Assembly (NCBI RefSeq): GCF_004010195.1
Contig: NC_057751.1
Span: forward strand, 10,613,831-10,677,830
Reading direction: 5' to 3'
Source of the DNA: Chiloscyllium plagiosum
Taxonomy: Eukaryota
DNA length: 64,000 bases
Shown here: piece after piece, positions 39,351 through 51,060 of the stretch
How the letters are laid out: every line of letters starts with the position of its first letter
Numbering within the stretch: the stretch's first letter is position 1
Notes under the pieces: model-generated
What the model saw: only the letters and a program-made list of their open reading frames with translations
Told to the model about the DNA's origin: nothing
Database searches by the model: none
Program-made: the position numbers and the translations under genes

Positions 39351-39491
39351 AAGGAACAGGAGAATTGACGTTTCGGGCATAAGCCCCAAAACATTGATTC
39401 TCCTGCTCCTTGGATGCTGCCTGACCTGCTGCGCTTTTCCAGCAACATATTTTTCAGCTCTGATCTCCAGCATCTGCAGTCCTCGCTTTCT
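39351..39491 (+). mobile_element. Fold-back PLE mini-element nested in the RTE
   Basis: TSD ccatgttaa(t/c)catcc at 39336-39350 and 39492-39506. Short inverted arm; the CUGANGA core is missing. Confidence 0.85.
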
Positions 39492-40059
39492 CCATGTTAA
39501 CCATCCCCATGGATATCCTCTGTGGAGAGCTCGTATCTGGGAAGAGACCCACTGAGCATCTCCAGCTGCGCTACAAGGACATCTGCATCAGGGACGTGAA
39601 GGCGTTTGATATTGTTACAGAGTCCTGGGAATGGCTTGCAGCCGATCGCACAAGATGGCGAAGCACCCTGAACCAACCCCTCAAACAGGAGGAAAGAAGC
39701 TGATGAGCGGCCACACGGGAAGGAGTGCAGCAGTTCCAGCAGATAAACGACCGCACACAGATGTGACCTCTGCGACCGTGACTGTCACTCCAGTATTGGT
39801 GTCTCCAGTCAGAATGATGTTGCTTCAGGGAAGCAGAAAGCCAGAACAACTAGGTTGCTACCCATGGTCAGCCATGACCGAAAGGGCCTCACACAAACAG
39901 AATTTAGGTGTTCTGCAAAGCGGTACCCAGTGTGTGTCATCTTTCATTGTAGAGCAGACCTCTTTGTGAGCAGTGAATACAGTCGACTCTCTTGAGTCAA
40001 ATGCAGGCAAATGGCTGCTACAACTGAAAGGTGTTTTGGGCCTTGGGTTGAGTTGGGAG

Positions 40060-40375
40060 GACCCAACTCTGAATGGTCCCCATTAGCAGCTATTCATCGT
40101 ACCACGCTGATCTCTACCCATTCCTTTTTCAGTTCAACTGCTGTGTTCTCTGGACTCGATCTCTGCCGATCATTTACTCCTCCCCACCTCCCCCAACTTC
40201 ATTTTCAGTATATCTACACCACCTTTCTTAGCTGCAATCAGTTCTGAAGAAATGTCACTGGATCCAAAATGTTGACTCTATTTTGTCTCCACAGATGCTG
40301 CCAGACCTGCAGAGTTTTTTCAGCAATTTATGTTGTGTTTCTGATTTCCAGCATTTGTGGTTCTTTGGTTCTTTA
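40060..40375 (+). mobile_element. Old Neptune-type PLE terminal region
   Basis: Diverged reverse complement of 35500-35760, with remnant CTGAAGA...AAAATGTT. Confidence 0.7.
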
Positions 40376-40605
40376 TTTCCCCGATCATGGGTGCACAGTT
40401 CACAGTCTTATCCCTGCTGCTAAACCTCTGTTGCCGTCGGACTTGACAAAAATGATTTTGTGCACAGAGAAATTGTCATCACCATACTCCTTACTGCAGT
40501 GAGGCATGGCTAGTGCATGAGCAACATAGACAATCACAAGAGAAATTCCATCAATATTTGCAATCAAAACATCTGAAGGACACTCCAAAGCTTTTTTTTT
40601 TAGAA

Positions 40606-40940
40606 TAAGCATTAGAATCCCTATAGTGTGAAAACAGGCCCTTTGGTCCAACAAGTCCACATCGACCCTCCAAGGAGAATACCACCCAGACCCATTCCCC
40701 TGTATTTACCACGACTCATGCATCTAACCTATACATCCCTGAACACTATGGGACAATTTAGCACAGCCGATTCACCTAACCTGCACATCTTTGGATTGTG
40801 GGAGGAAACTGGAGCACCTGAAGGAAACTCCACAGATACTGGGAGAACGTGCAACTCCACACAGACAGTCGCTCAAGGCCGGAATCAAATCCGGGACCCT
40901 GGAGCTGTGAGGCAGTAGTGCGAACCGCTGTGCTGCCCCA
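40606..40940 (-). mobile_element. HE1-type SINE
   Basis: Similar to 33065-33416. Confidence 0.88.
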
Positions 40941-41442
40941 TGGGTTCTTGGAACGCGACAGCAGTGACCATAATGACTTTGAGATGCAGCTACTGGTTCA
41001 GAATGGTGGTAACTGCATTAAATTGCATGATATTTGAAATTTCAATGTCTTGATGGGGTAGCAAGATGGCCAAGAAGGAAGTAAATGAATGGAAATCCTC
41101 TGGATCCTAGGATGATCAACTATGTGCTGAAAGATATGTGAATCAAAAATTGACGTGCTCAGTTGTTGAAGTCTGAAGTCACAAAAGTGTGTCCCTGACA
41201 TTCTCAAATTGAGGGGTAGGTAACGGTGCTTATCTGACTTGGGTAACCCAGGGAGCTAGGATAGAAAACAACAACGAAATGGAAGCATGTTAAAACGAGC
41301 AGGGCAGTTTCAATTACTGTGGCCAGTTGAATTGACAATCATTTGCAGTTGATGGCAAGGGAATAATTTGTCAATTATGCAGTCGACCTAATGAAAATAT
41401 ATTATATAATGCAGTATCCAAAAGTAGCTTTGCTATCACGGA

Positions 41443-41660
41443 TGTCCCCTGGGTGCTCCAGTTTCCCCTCTCAGTCCAAAGATGTGCAGGTTAGGTGGAT
41501 TGGCCATGTTAAATTGCCCATAGTGTCCAGGATGTTCAGGCAAGGTGAATTAGCGATTGGAAATGGTGAGTGGGTCTGGATGGGATGCGTCTTGAACAGT
41601 CCCTGTGGACCGGATGGGTCGAATGGCCTGTTTCCATAATGTATCGAATCTGATTCTATA
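41443..41660 (+). mobile_element. HE1-type SINE 3' part
   Basis: gggtgctccagtttcc...tccaaagatgtgcaggttagg...ggcctgtttcca. Confidence 0.8.
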
Positions 41661-42456
41661 ACAGCTTAATTGTTACTTTTTGTTTTGCATTGACACTGAA
41701 ACAAGCTTTCAGAATGGCTTCATCTCCTGTAACAGTATCCTGACCTGGTGTGTGAATTTGCAGTTGCTTTTGGTCAAAATGGTAATTCTGTAAGACTGCC
41801 TTCAACAGTTCCAGCACCTCCAACTCATTTCCATGTGAAATACCATCAACATTTCAGTTGGTGATGAGGCTTTCATTTGTCAATCCAATTTTGCTGTTTC
41901 TTAATGGTTTTGATATTGGCCCTATCTGGTGAAGTAACTGAAGTATTTCAGTTCATATTCCATACACAGTGGGCAGAGACTCATGGCCAGCGTGGATGCT
42001 GATAAACTTCATTTGGGCAAAATCGTATTGTTCTCTGTCTGTAAGCTACTTCAGAAATTCTGTTTCTTTCTTTAATTGTTTAACAATCACATTGTTATTC
42101 TTATGTGTTCAGCTGCGTATGTGGCAAGAATTGAGGTGAAATCCCACACAGCTTTGATGGAATTGGCAAAGCATTTCACTGTAGATGAATGTACCTCAGG
42201 AGACCAGTCTTAATTACATCTAAATATAGATTTGTGTTGATGGCAGAATCCCATGGCAGCCAAACCACTTGGATCACTCGAGGCTATTTTAAGCAATGCT
42301 TATATGACTTTTTTCCCCCCCTATGTGAGCTGTTGGCAAAACCAAACATTTTTGGCCTTGTATCTGAAAGATCCTGGGCCTTTATTTTCATCTTATTTCC
42401 TCTCCTTATCTACTTGACAGGACAACTTTCATCTTAAGTTGGTCTGTAGTTCAAAT

Positions 42457-42839
42457 GTAAATTTTAGACAGAAGAGTGAGTAACAAAAAATAACCAATGG
42501 TTTGAAAAGGAATGGACAAAGCAGAAATTTAACTGATGAGTCAATGGCCATTTATTTGATGTGATGAATTTGGTGTATGACTGTGAACAACAGATTCATT
42601 TTCATGCAGCAAGTTGAAAACATTGTATTCCAAGATCAGCCATGCCGTAAATTTTAGACAGAAGAGTGAGTAACAAAAAATAACCAATGGTTTGAAAAGG
42701 AATGGACAAAGCAGAAATTTAACTGATGAGTCAATGGCCATTTATTTGATGTGTGATGAATTTGGTGTATGACTGTGAACAACAGATTCATTTTCATGCA
42801 GCAAGTTGAAAACATTTGTATTCCAAGATCAGCCATGCC
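42457..42839. repeat. Two-copy tandem duplication (190 bp and 193 bp)
   Basis: 42457-42646 and 42647-42839 appear identical apart from a 2-nt and a 1-nt indel. Confidence 0.95.
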
Positions 42840-43314
42840 ATAGCTTCTTGACTTGCCACTGCATCAGTATGACTTCATTGAAAGCTTAAAACCTTCCCAT
42901 GAGATGTCCATTTATTACAGCACCTGATGTTGAGGCCTATCAGAATGACATTACCGGTTTTGTCGCAGATGATTTTGGAAATTTAAGTATTTCAGTGTTG
43001 CAGATGTACAGCCACAGGAACTGATGTGATCCTGATTGCAAAAGGAGCCTTAGATTAATTTGTCTTGAAGCTGCTGTTGGACTCTAGATTGGAAAATTGC
43101 CTTCTCACTCAATGTCGTAATTTTTCTGAATTGTTCTCATTATCACTGGGTCTTCATTTTGCAGCTTAAATCTCCAATGTGTGGAAAGTTGCTTGAAGTG
43201 GCAGTTCACTATTCTGTGCAGGAAGGGTGTGTGTGCCTGAGTTTCTTTATAAACTGGGACAAATGGCAATATTTTCCACTTTTCTCAAACTGTTTATTTG
43301 TTAATGATTTCCAG

Positions 43315-43425
43315 AAAGTGCACGAGATGTTGAAGAAGGGCTGGGATGCTGAAGGCTCACCATTTAAAGGACAAACGTTTGATCCCTCTCTGTTTAACAT
43401 TTCTCCTGGAGCTGTACAGTTCTAA
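43315..43425 (+). CDS. nudcd3: NUDCD3 last coding exon (KVHEMLKKGWDAEGSPFKGQTFDPSLFNISPGAVQF*)
   Basis: Acceptor tttccAG ends at 43314 and TAA stop at 43423-43425. The C-terminus matches NUDCD3 (...FNISPGAVQF). Confidence 0.96.
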   Translation, partial: KVHEMLKKGWDAEGSPFKGQTFDPSLFNISPGAVQF

Positions 43426-43808
43426 ATATCCTGCCAACACTATTGATATTCACAAGGCCCAGCATCTGACCCCAGACGCCACCGAGGATCTGTACAAATC
43501 ATGGATTGCACTCTGCTCTTGAGTAACAAGAGACTTCTTCTGAGCTTTGAGTGAAGTCAATGCAAAGCATCAGCTGCCAAATCTCTATCGCAGACAACGT
43601 ATTTATTTCTCGTAATTCTTATTCTTAATCATCCTTGCATAATTTAGATTTTTCTGAGAAGTTATTTGCTGTCTGCAGATATTTTGGGCAATTCCTCCAA
43701 GTATTGTGATTTAGAGTGCTTTCCGGTGAGTAGTGACAGTAGTGTTTGATACTGTTCTTATCCTTTGTGTGAATGCACTGATATTTATATTCCTCTTGTG
43801 GCTTTGAA

Positions 43809-43885
43809 ATTAAATAATAAAAACATTTGTGGGCAAAAATTATAGTGATCTAGTCAATCTTACTTTGTATTTGTGTGGTTTCAAT
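43809..43885 (+). terminator. nudcd3: Probable nudcd3 polyadenylation signal and downstream GU/U-rich element
   Basis: ATTAAA at 43809-43814 and AATAAA at 43816-43821, about 390 nt after the stop, followed by tttgtatttgtgtggttt near 43864. Confidence 0.6.
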
Positions 43886-44192
43886 GAACAGATTTCTTGC
43901 AAGAACTTGTGACAGAAATTGAGTTTTTTTTTGTGTAGTTTTAGCTAAGGGGAGGTCGATTTCATCTAATAATATCATATAAAGGGATCAAATCCAGCTG
44001 TAATTCAAGCCATGTCCCCTTCTTCAGACCTAAAAAACATTTCTGAAATTCTGATCTGTTGTCTCTGAGTCTACTTCAAGGAGGAAGCATGCCACCGAGT
44101 TAACGTAAAGGTGTTTAATTTAGTTTCCACATGAAAAGCAACCATTTGAATTAACCTGACATGATTAAAATCCAAGAAAAACAACCAGTTAC

Positions 44193-45235
44193 AGAAACAT
44201 AGAATCATACAGCATGGAAACAGACCCTTCGGTCCAAACAGTCCATGCTGACCATGTTCCCAAACTAAAGTAGTCCCACTTGCTTGCGCTTAGCCCATAT
44301 CCCTCCAAACCCTTCATATTCACACACTTAGCCAAACGTCTTTTAAATGTCACAACTGTACCTGCCTCCCACCATTTCCTCTGGTTGTGCATTCATACAT
44401 GAACCACTGTGTTAAAAAAAAAGTTTCCTCTCATGTCCTTTATAAATCTTTCTCCTCTCGCCTTAAAAAAAAAGCCCTATTTTTGAATTCCCCTACCCTG
44501 GGGAAAAAAACTCTTGCTATTCACCTTATCACTGCCTCTCATGATTTTATAAACCTCTACAAGGTGACCCCTCAACCTCCTGTGCTGCAGTGAAAGAAGT
44601 CCCAGCCCTCCAGTCTATTTGCATACCTCAAACCCTCCATTCCTGGCAGCATCATGGTAAATCTTTTCTTAACCCTCTCCAGTTTAATAATAATCTTCCT
44701 ATAAACAGGGCGACCAGAACTGCACACAGTACTCTGGAAGTGGCCTCACCAACGTCATGTATGAATTCAACATGATAGCTCAACTCCTGGGCTCAGAGGT
44801 CTGAGCAAGAAGGCAAGTGTGCTAAACGTCTTCTTAATTGCCCTCACTAACTGTGAAGCAAATTTCCACGAATTATGTGCCTGAAACCCTCCGTCTGTTT
44901 GTTCTACAATACTACCCAGGGTCCCACCATTACTTTATAAGTCCTGTCATTGTTTGTATTCCCAAAATGCAATCCTTCACATTTATTCAAATTAATCTCT
45001 GTCTGCCACTGTTCAGCCCATTAGCCCCATTGATCAATATAGATAACCACCTTCACTATCCACTCCACCACCATTTTTGGTGTCATCTCCAAACTTACTA
45101 ACCATGGCTGCTTTATTCTCATCCAAATCACTTATCTCAATGACAGACAAAAGTAGACCCAGCACTGATCTCCCAGGAACCCCACTGGTCACAGGCTCCA
45201 GTCTGGAAAATAACTCTTTACCACCACCCTTTGTC
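44193..45235 (-). mobile_element. CR1 LINE RT and 3' end
   Basis: Minus strand VTSGVPGRSVLGLLL...VSKFGDDTK and CR1 tail gtttccatgctgtatgattctatg. Confidence 0.9.
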
Positions 45236-48200
45236 TCAGACCATAAAGCCTTTAAGAACCATTGTTGTGAAGGAGACATTTTGGAAAAAGTAGTATCATG
45301 TCAATTTATGTGTCATTGTTATATATGTGGATATTATTCTTGTCCTTTATTCACAATTACTTAAGTCTTGCGAGTTTAAATGTGAAGGATGTCTCAAGTT
45401 GCAATACTTTGGTGCTTTTCAAAAACAGATGCAAGTTCCAGTGCAGCAAAGGATCGATTCAGCAACTCATGTCATTCACAGCAAGCTTTTCTGCTTAGTA
45501 TCTGAGACTTGTTAGCAGAAAGTTCATTTTAATTTCAAAACCATCGGAAACATCCTGGACACATGACTCAGGTAAGACTTTAGAAACAGTCATGTTTATG
45601 GTGGAGTCACACATTGGTGAGCTCTTCATGTGAGAGACACTTTTTTAACCCTTTTGTCCACACATAGTGAATGCATTGTGAAGAGGCCCCTCGCTTGTCT
45701 TCCTGCTTCTTCTGAATTAACACTAGGTTTTTTTTCAATAATGACTGTTACTGACCTGACACCTTCTCAGACAATTTGGTTTAATTGTTACACTGAAAAC
45801 AATGATCAAAGTCATGCAATTTGTAAGTGTCTTTTACAACTTGTCTGAAGGCACTGTCCCTCCTTGCAGTTACACAGGTGAAAATAGACCCAAGATGCTT
45901 TCTCCAAGTATGAGTCACATGCTATTAGAGTTCAAGCTATTAGAGCTCGGAAGACATCACAACGTAATCTAATGTCGTCGTACCTTGATGTTTTACCAGA
46001 GATCAGTGAGTGATGATTTGGAAAACTGGCTGTTTTTCACTTGTTTCTCCCAAGACCAGGCAGTTTTCTATCTCAGGGTTTGATGAACTCATGAATTGGG
46101 AGTTCAAGCTTGGCATTTACTGAAGTAAACTGCTTGTGAATCCAGCTGGCCAGTGTCTGAAGGGTTACATCTGCTCAATGTGATATACAATTTTCCCCTG
46201 ATAAAAGCATGATATCTATATGACCAGATCATGATTGCATTTTCTCAACAAAGGCTGCCTTCATACCAAATGGGTTTTCATAGTGCTCTTAATCAGTTAC
46301 TGAATGGTTAAAACAGAATCATGCAATTGCCAGCCTTGTAAGTCTGATTGTAAGATAAAAAGTAATTGACTGTGTTAATATTTAATCTTTAACAGATATG
46401 GCATTGTGAGAGAGATGTAATTATACAGAGTACCGTTGAACAATATGCTTAGATGCTGTATATAGGTTTAGCTGAACCCAGAGCTGTGGGAAACCGTTAG
46501 CATATTCTGAATGCAGTCTTTTATACACATGTCATAGAATGTTAGGGATTAACTGTTTAGTAAGATAAATGTGGGCTAATTTGTCTTCTCGCCTGTAGAT
46601 TCTGCTCTAATGTGCAATCAGTGAAGCATGCAATATTGTGACCGGCAATTGTGTGGTCAAAATCCCATTAAACTCTGTGAAGACATAAAGCACATTGTGT
46701 TCATTTGAATTCTTTTGTCTGTCTTTCCTTGCATCAGGTGTTCATGAGGCTCCAAGTTATTGCTGAGACTGAGAACGGACACTTGACTCTTTGGGGTTTG
46801 CCAGTGAGGTATTACCAGTTGAGCAGATAATTTCACATGTCATGGAATTGGAAGAGATTGTAGAGCTATGAGGACAAGACTATGGAGCAACTTGGGAATC
46901 AAGATGAGGATTTTAATATTCAGGCATTGCTTGATGGCAAGCCAGGTAGATCAGATTGCGAGCACAGGGGTAATGGAGCATCAGGTCTCATTGTGAATGA
47001 AGACATGGGAAGCAGAACTTTGGAAAACTTCCAAGTTTATGCAGGATGGATTATTCCTGTTTTGGAATAAGCAGGTCTAGAGATGAACTAAGGCACCAAG
47101 AAAGATTTTTGAAGTAGGTTCTCTGAAATGGTTACAGTCTGGCCAGGTTACAGATCAGGAAAAAGGCAGTCTCAGTACAATGTAGAGGTCAGAAACAGTA
47201 TTTGGACTTGGGAAGCTATGCTATAGGGAGCTAAAATAATGTCTGTGTTTCTGCACAAGCAGAAAGGTTGATGGGAAACAGAACTAGTTCCCCACAAAGC
47301 GACATGCTCTGTGGGGTTCTCAACCATGTGTGAGAGATTCCCCACAAAGACTGATTCAGTAGTCTGAACAATAAGTTTGAAAACTGCACGAATTGATATT
47401 AGATTTGAGGAACGACAGCAACTTTGATTTGGGTTCCTTAGTGCTGTCACTTCTTCACTGCATACTAAATATTATGCTGCTTCCAGATGAATGATTTGGA
47501 ATATTGAATACTTGAGGGCTGTTTCTATCTTGTATATTCTCAGCCATGATGGTAAGCAGCACAGAAGAAAAAAAAAGGAGAACTTTGAAAAGTACTTCAG
47601 CCATATAGAAATTAACAGGTTTTAGTTTAGACAAGCAAAATTCTTCATTTTCTGTTCAACCTATACGTCAGTCTGAGCCGTGTGGTCACACAGAAGGGAT
47701 GGGAATTGACCTACCTGTACCAGCCAATTCACCTTCTACCATTAGCCTTCGTCTAAATTTTTATGTAGAGCCCAAAAAAGTATTGATTTTAAGGGACTTA
47801 GATATTGATCCAAATAGCTGTAAAAGGTTGACATCAACTTCAGTGTCACTTGTCAGTGTGAGTTGTATTTCCATTCGTGTTAGTATTAGCAAAATCTGAC
47901 TCCAAATCATAATGGGAAATTGTGTAATAATTATGCACTTTTAAGGCTGTCTCATCAATATGATGAGAGGCCAGTTCCCCAAAGCAGTAAGTGAACAGGC
48001 TGCCAGCAGTTTTGCTGCTTTCATTTATCATAGATCTATTGTAACCAATTGTGCAAAAATTTAAAACTTCCATAACTAAAAAATGCAGCTTTTGATAATT
48101 AAATAAACCTGTGATTATAAAGGCATTGTGGGATATTTTCTTCTGTCCTTGTGACTACTAGGATGTTTCTAGAAATTCTTAGACCATGTCCAGGATTATC

Positions 48201-48819
48201 AGAGCTAAGAAATAAGACAATGATATTTTGATTTGTTTACAAATTGGACATCTCGCAGTTAAAGGCACGATAAGTATGTGTTACAAATCTCTTGTGGAAA
48301 GTAGCAGAAAATGACTTGTTTTGCTGAGTCATTTGAGTGCTTTTTTTTTAGTTTGAAGTTGACAGCAAAATGAAAGATGCCCCGATGGAAGTGAAGTTCC
48401 CTCAACTAATACGTTTTTGAATTAGACTCATAAGTCAATAGTACATTTGTTGAACTCACTTAGGTTGGCATTGGATTTCTCCAGTTGGCATGAAGGATCC
48501 TTGAGTTCACAACGAGAAAATTAATCCAGAGTTTTCTGACCCAAAGACTGAATATATGAGCTACTCAATTGTTCAGAATGAGAGCATGGATTTTTAGGGT
48601 GACATCTATATTTGGATAGATAGCTGCCACCTAGTATTAATCCTGATGAGTGAACATGTACGGATGGAGAAAATCCACATCATGAGAAGAAGAACCGTGC
48701 TGGAGTCAGTCAGGAAATTTGTTTGTTTTCAAAAACCTCCAAGGGTGAAAATGCAAATTGAGCAAGATGAAAGTCATCTGGGTATGAGTATGATTCCAGT
48801 TCAAGTTCAGCCTTTTGGA

Positions 48820-49235
48820 AGGGTCTGGGACCAGAGGGCAAAATCTTAAAATAAGAGGTCATCTCTTTAAGACAGAGAGGAGGAGAATTTTTTTCTCTCC
48901 GAGGGAACTGAATCTACTGAATTCTTTATCACAGAGAACTCCTGATATTTGATCACTCCGTATACTCGAGGCTATGATAGTTTCCTAATCAGTGATGGAA
49001 TCATGGGTTAGGGGGAAAAGGCCAGCCAGAGGAATTGAGTCCAAAGATGTGCAGGTTAGGTGGATTGGCCATGGTAAATTGACCATTGTGTCCAGGGATG
49101 TGCAGGTTAGGTGAGTTAGCCAGAAGAAGTGCATGAATACGGTCAGGGCATGGAATGGGTCTGGGTAGGATGCTCTTTGGAGGGTCAGTGTGGACTCTGA
49201 GCTATATGGACTGCTTCTACACTTAAGGGATTTTA
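48820..49235 (+). mobile_element. CR1 3' fragment followed by an HE1 SINE 3' part
   Basis: CR1 3' coding/UTR to about 49035, then gtccaaagatgtgcaggttagg... SINE body. Confidence 0.75.
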
Positions 49236-50559
49236 TGCAGTGCCACTAAATGGCTGGACATCAGTTTGTTCTTGCACAGCAAGCTCACAATCACATCAGA
49301 CACAGGGTGAGAGAGAGAGAGAGAGTTTCCTTCAATATATTGTTTTTCACTTGGCTGCTCTTGGTAAGTGTTTTCCAAGAGATTTTAACTTAATTTGCTT
49401 GTCTCCGTTCTTGATGGCGAAGGAGGCCAAACATGGAGAGGAGGTTTTCTGGTGTTCTCAAGAATGTGTTTGTTTAATGTCACCTGTCTCGTTTTGTCAT
49501 TCTTTGCAGTCAGTGATTTGCATTGGGAACTGGAGAAAGGAAGGCAGATTAGAAACTTTTTATTGGTTGGACTGAAAAGCCAGACTTTCAGTCATAAGGG
49601 GAAATGTTTGATGAAAAGACAGCACTCATCAAGTGGTTTAGACTGCGTTCTCTCGCTGTCTCCCTCCATTTGTTGGCTTCGTGATATTAATCAGCTTAAA
49701 ATGTGTACCTTAAAATGTTAGCTGCAAAGGAGAAAAGGAAATGTTTTACTGTAAACCATGAATATGAGTGTCAAGGAGCCTTCAACAAAAGAGGAACCAT
49801 GCTGTGGCTATGAAGGTTGCGATTTTGATTTAATAAATGGGAGCTGTGTGTTACCTGCATGATGTGCTCTCAGAAAGAACTGTGAAGATGCGCCACTCAC
49901 TAAACTCCAATGAAGTAATTCATGTTCTCGTTCTGCGAAATAAACAGGAACTGGATGTGGTTTGAACAAAAATAATGAGAGAACAGCTTCCTGGATCCCC
50001 TGGAGCATTATGATGATGATAATCCCTGCAGTCAGAATACTTCCCTTATTCTAATTGGATGTTGAACACACTTTAACATCGGTCATACAATAAAGGGTTT
50101 GTGATGCATTCCATAGCATGCTCAGTAGGAAATGAGTGTGGTTTGTATGGTTTTTCAGCAGACTGATGGAGTGCTTAACCACCGTGTCTCAACGAGTCAA
50201 CATTCCTGTGAGCAGGACTGTTGAGTTAGAAGTTACTTTGTTTCCTAGATTGTCAAGGATGACCCTTAACCCTCACTGCTGGTCAGCCACTCTTTGTATA
50301 TTTGTTGAAATCTGCATAATTCCAAATTTCCATGAATCCAGTGACTCTCTGAATTGAGAAGTCAACATTTTGTTTGACCTGAAGTTGCATTTTGATGGAT
50401 CACAATTAAATGAGCATGAGCGGGAACCAAGCTGGTTTTCCCCTCTCTAAATCCAGAGCTGAGCCGCTGTTTTTGAATGATTGGTTAAACTGTTAAATCT
50501 GGGTTGTTGGCAAGGTTTTGATAAAGCCCCCTGCAACAATCTTCTAATTAAAAAAATTA

Positions 50560-51060
50560 CATAGAATTGCAGAGATTGCAGGCCTATTCAGAAACCGTGG
50601 CTCCACTTATGCTCCACACGAGGGCTTACCCATCTCTCTTCATCTGACTCCATCATCCAATTTTGAGAAGCTTTCTTCCTTGTGTTTATCCACCTTTCCC
50701 TTAAAAGCAGTTGTAGAGGTATTACCACGATGCCTCAAACCCTATCTGTGCCGTCTCCCCTTTAGCTTGCTTATAAAGCAAATCTAATTTGGCTCAAAAT
50801 TATCCAATGACCCAGCCTCCACTGCTGGTTAGGTAAGAAAACTCCACAGATGAATGACCTTCTGCAAAAAAGAAAATGTATTTGTCTGTCTTAAATGGGC
50901 GATCAGTTCGTTTGAAACTGTTGAAAGACCAAGATTTAGTCTTTCCCATATGGATATTCTCTCAGAATATATACAGTTAATTCTCAGATGTTTTGATAAC
51001 ATCATCTGTCAGTCTTTCTAATCTGACATTGGCCCACCCTGTCAAACATTTCCTTCTGAA
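50560..51060 (-). mobile_element. Old CR1 3' fragments
   Basis: Weak reverse similarity to CR1 3' ends. Similar decayed pieces lie at about 52440-53460, 57620-58040 and 60510-61020 (-) and 60130-60360 (+). Confidence 0.5.

Larger units (their letters stand above)
36690..39895 (+). mobile_element. RTE-clade LINE, 5'-truncated and decayed, with three nested insertions
   Basis: RNKVQQ...NEYWTQLSEDIQTA; LYKNKGERSDCSIYRG...YPESQCGF; LQEKCREQ; SGVKQGCILAPTL; DMLFADDA; VYNACVISTLLYSSEMW; RYKDICIRD; terminal hairpin ggtca-gcca-tgacc near 39866. Confidence 0.9.

Noticed and set aside
40240..40280. Functional hammerheads in the old Neptune-type termini (also near 35585 and 58630)
   Set aside because: Only partial cores remain; GAAA or stem II are disrupted.
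42457..42839. CRISPR-like array or satellite
   Set aside because: Only two adjacent 190-bp copies, no spacers, and a eukaryotic intronic context.
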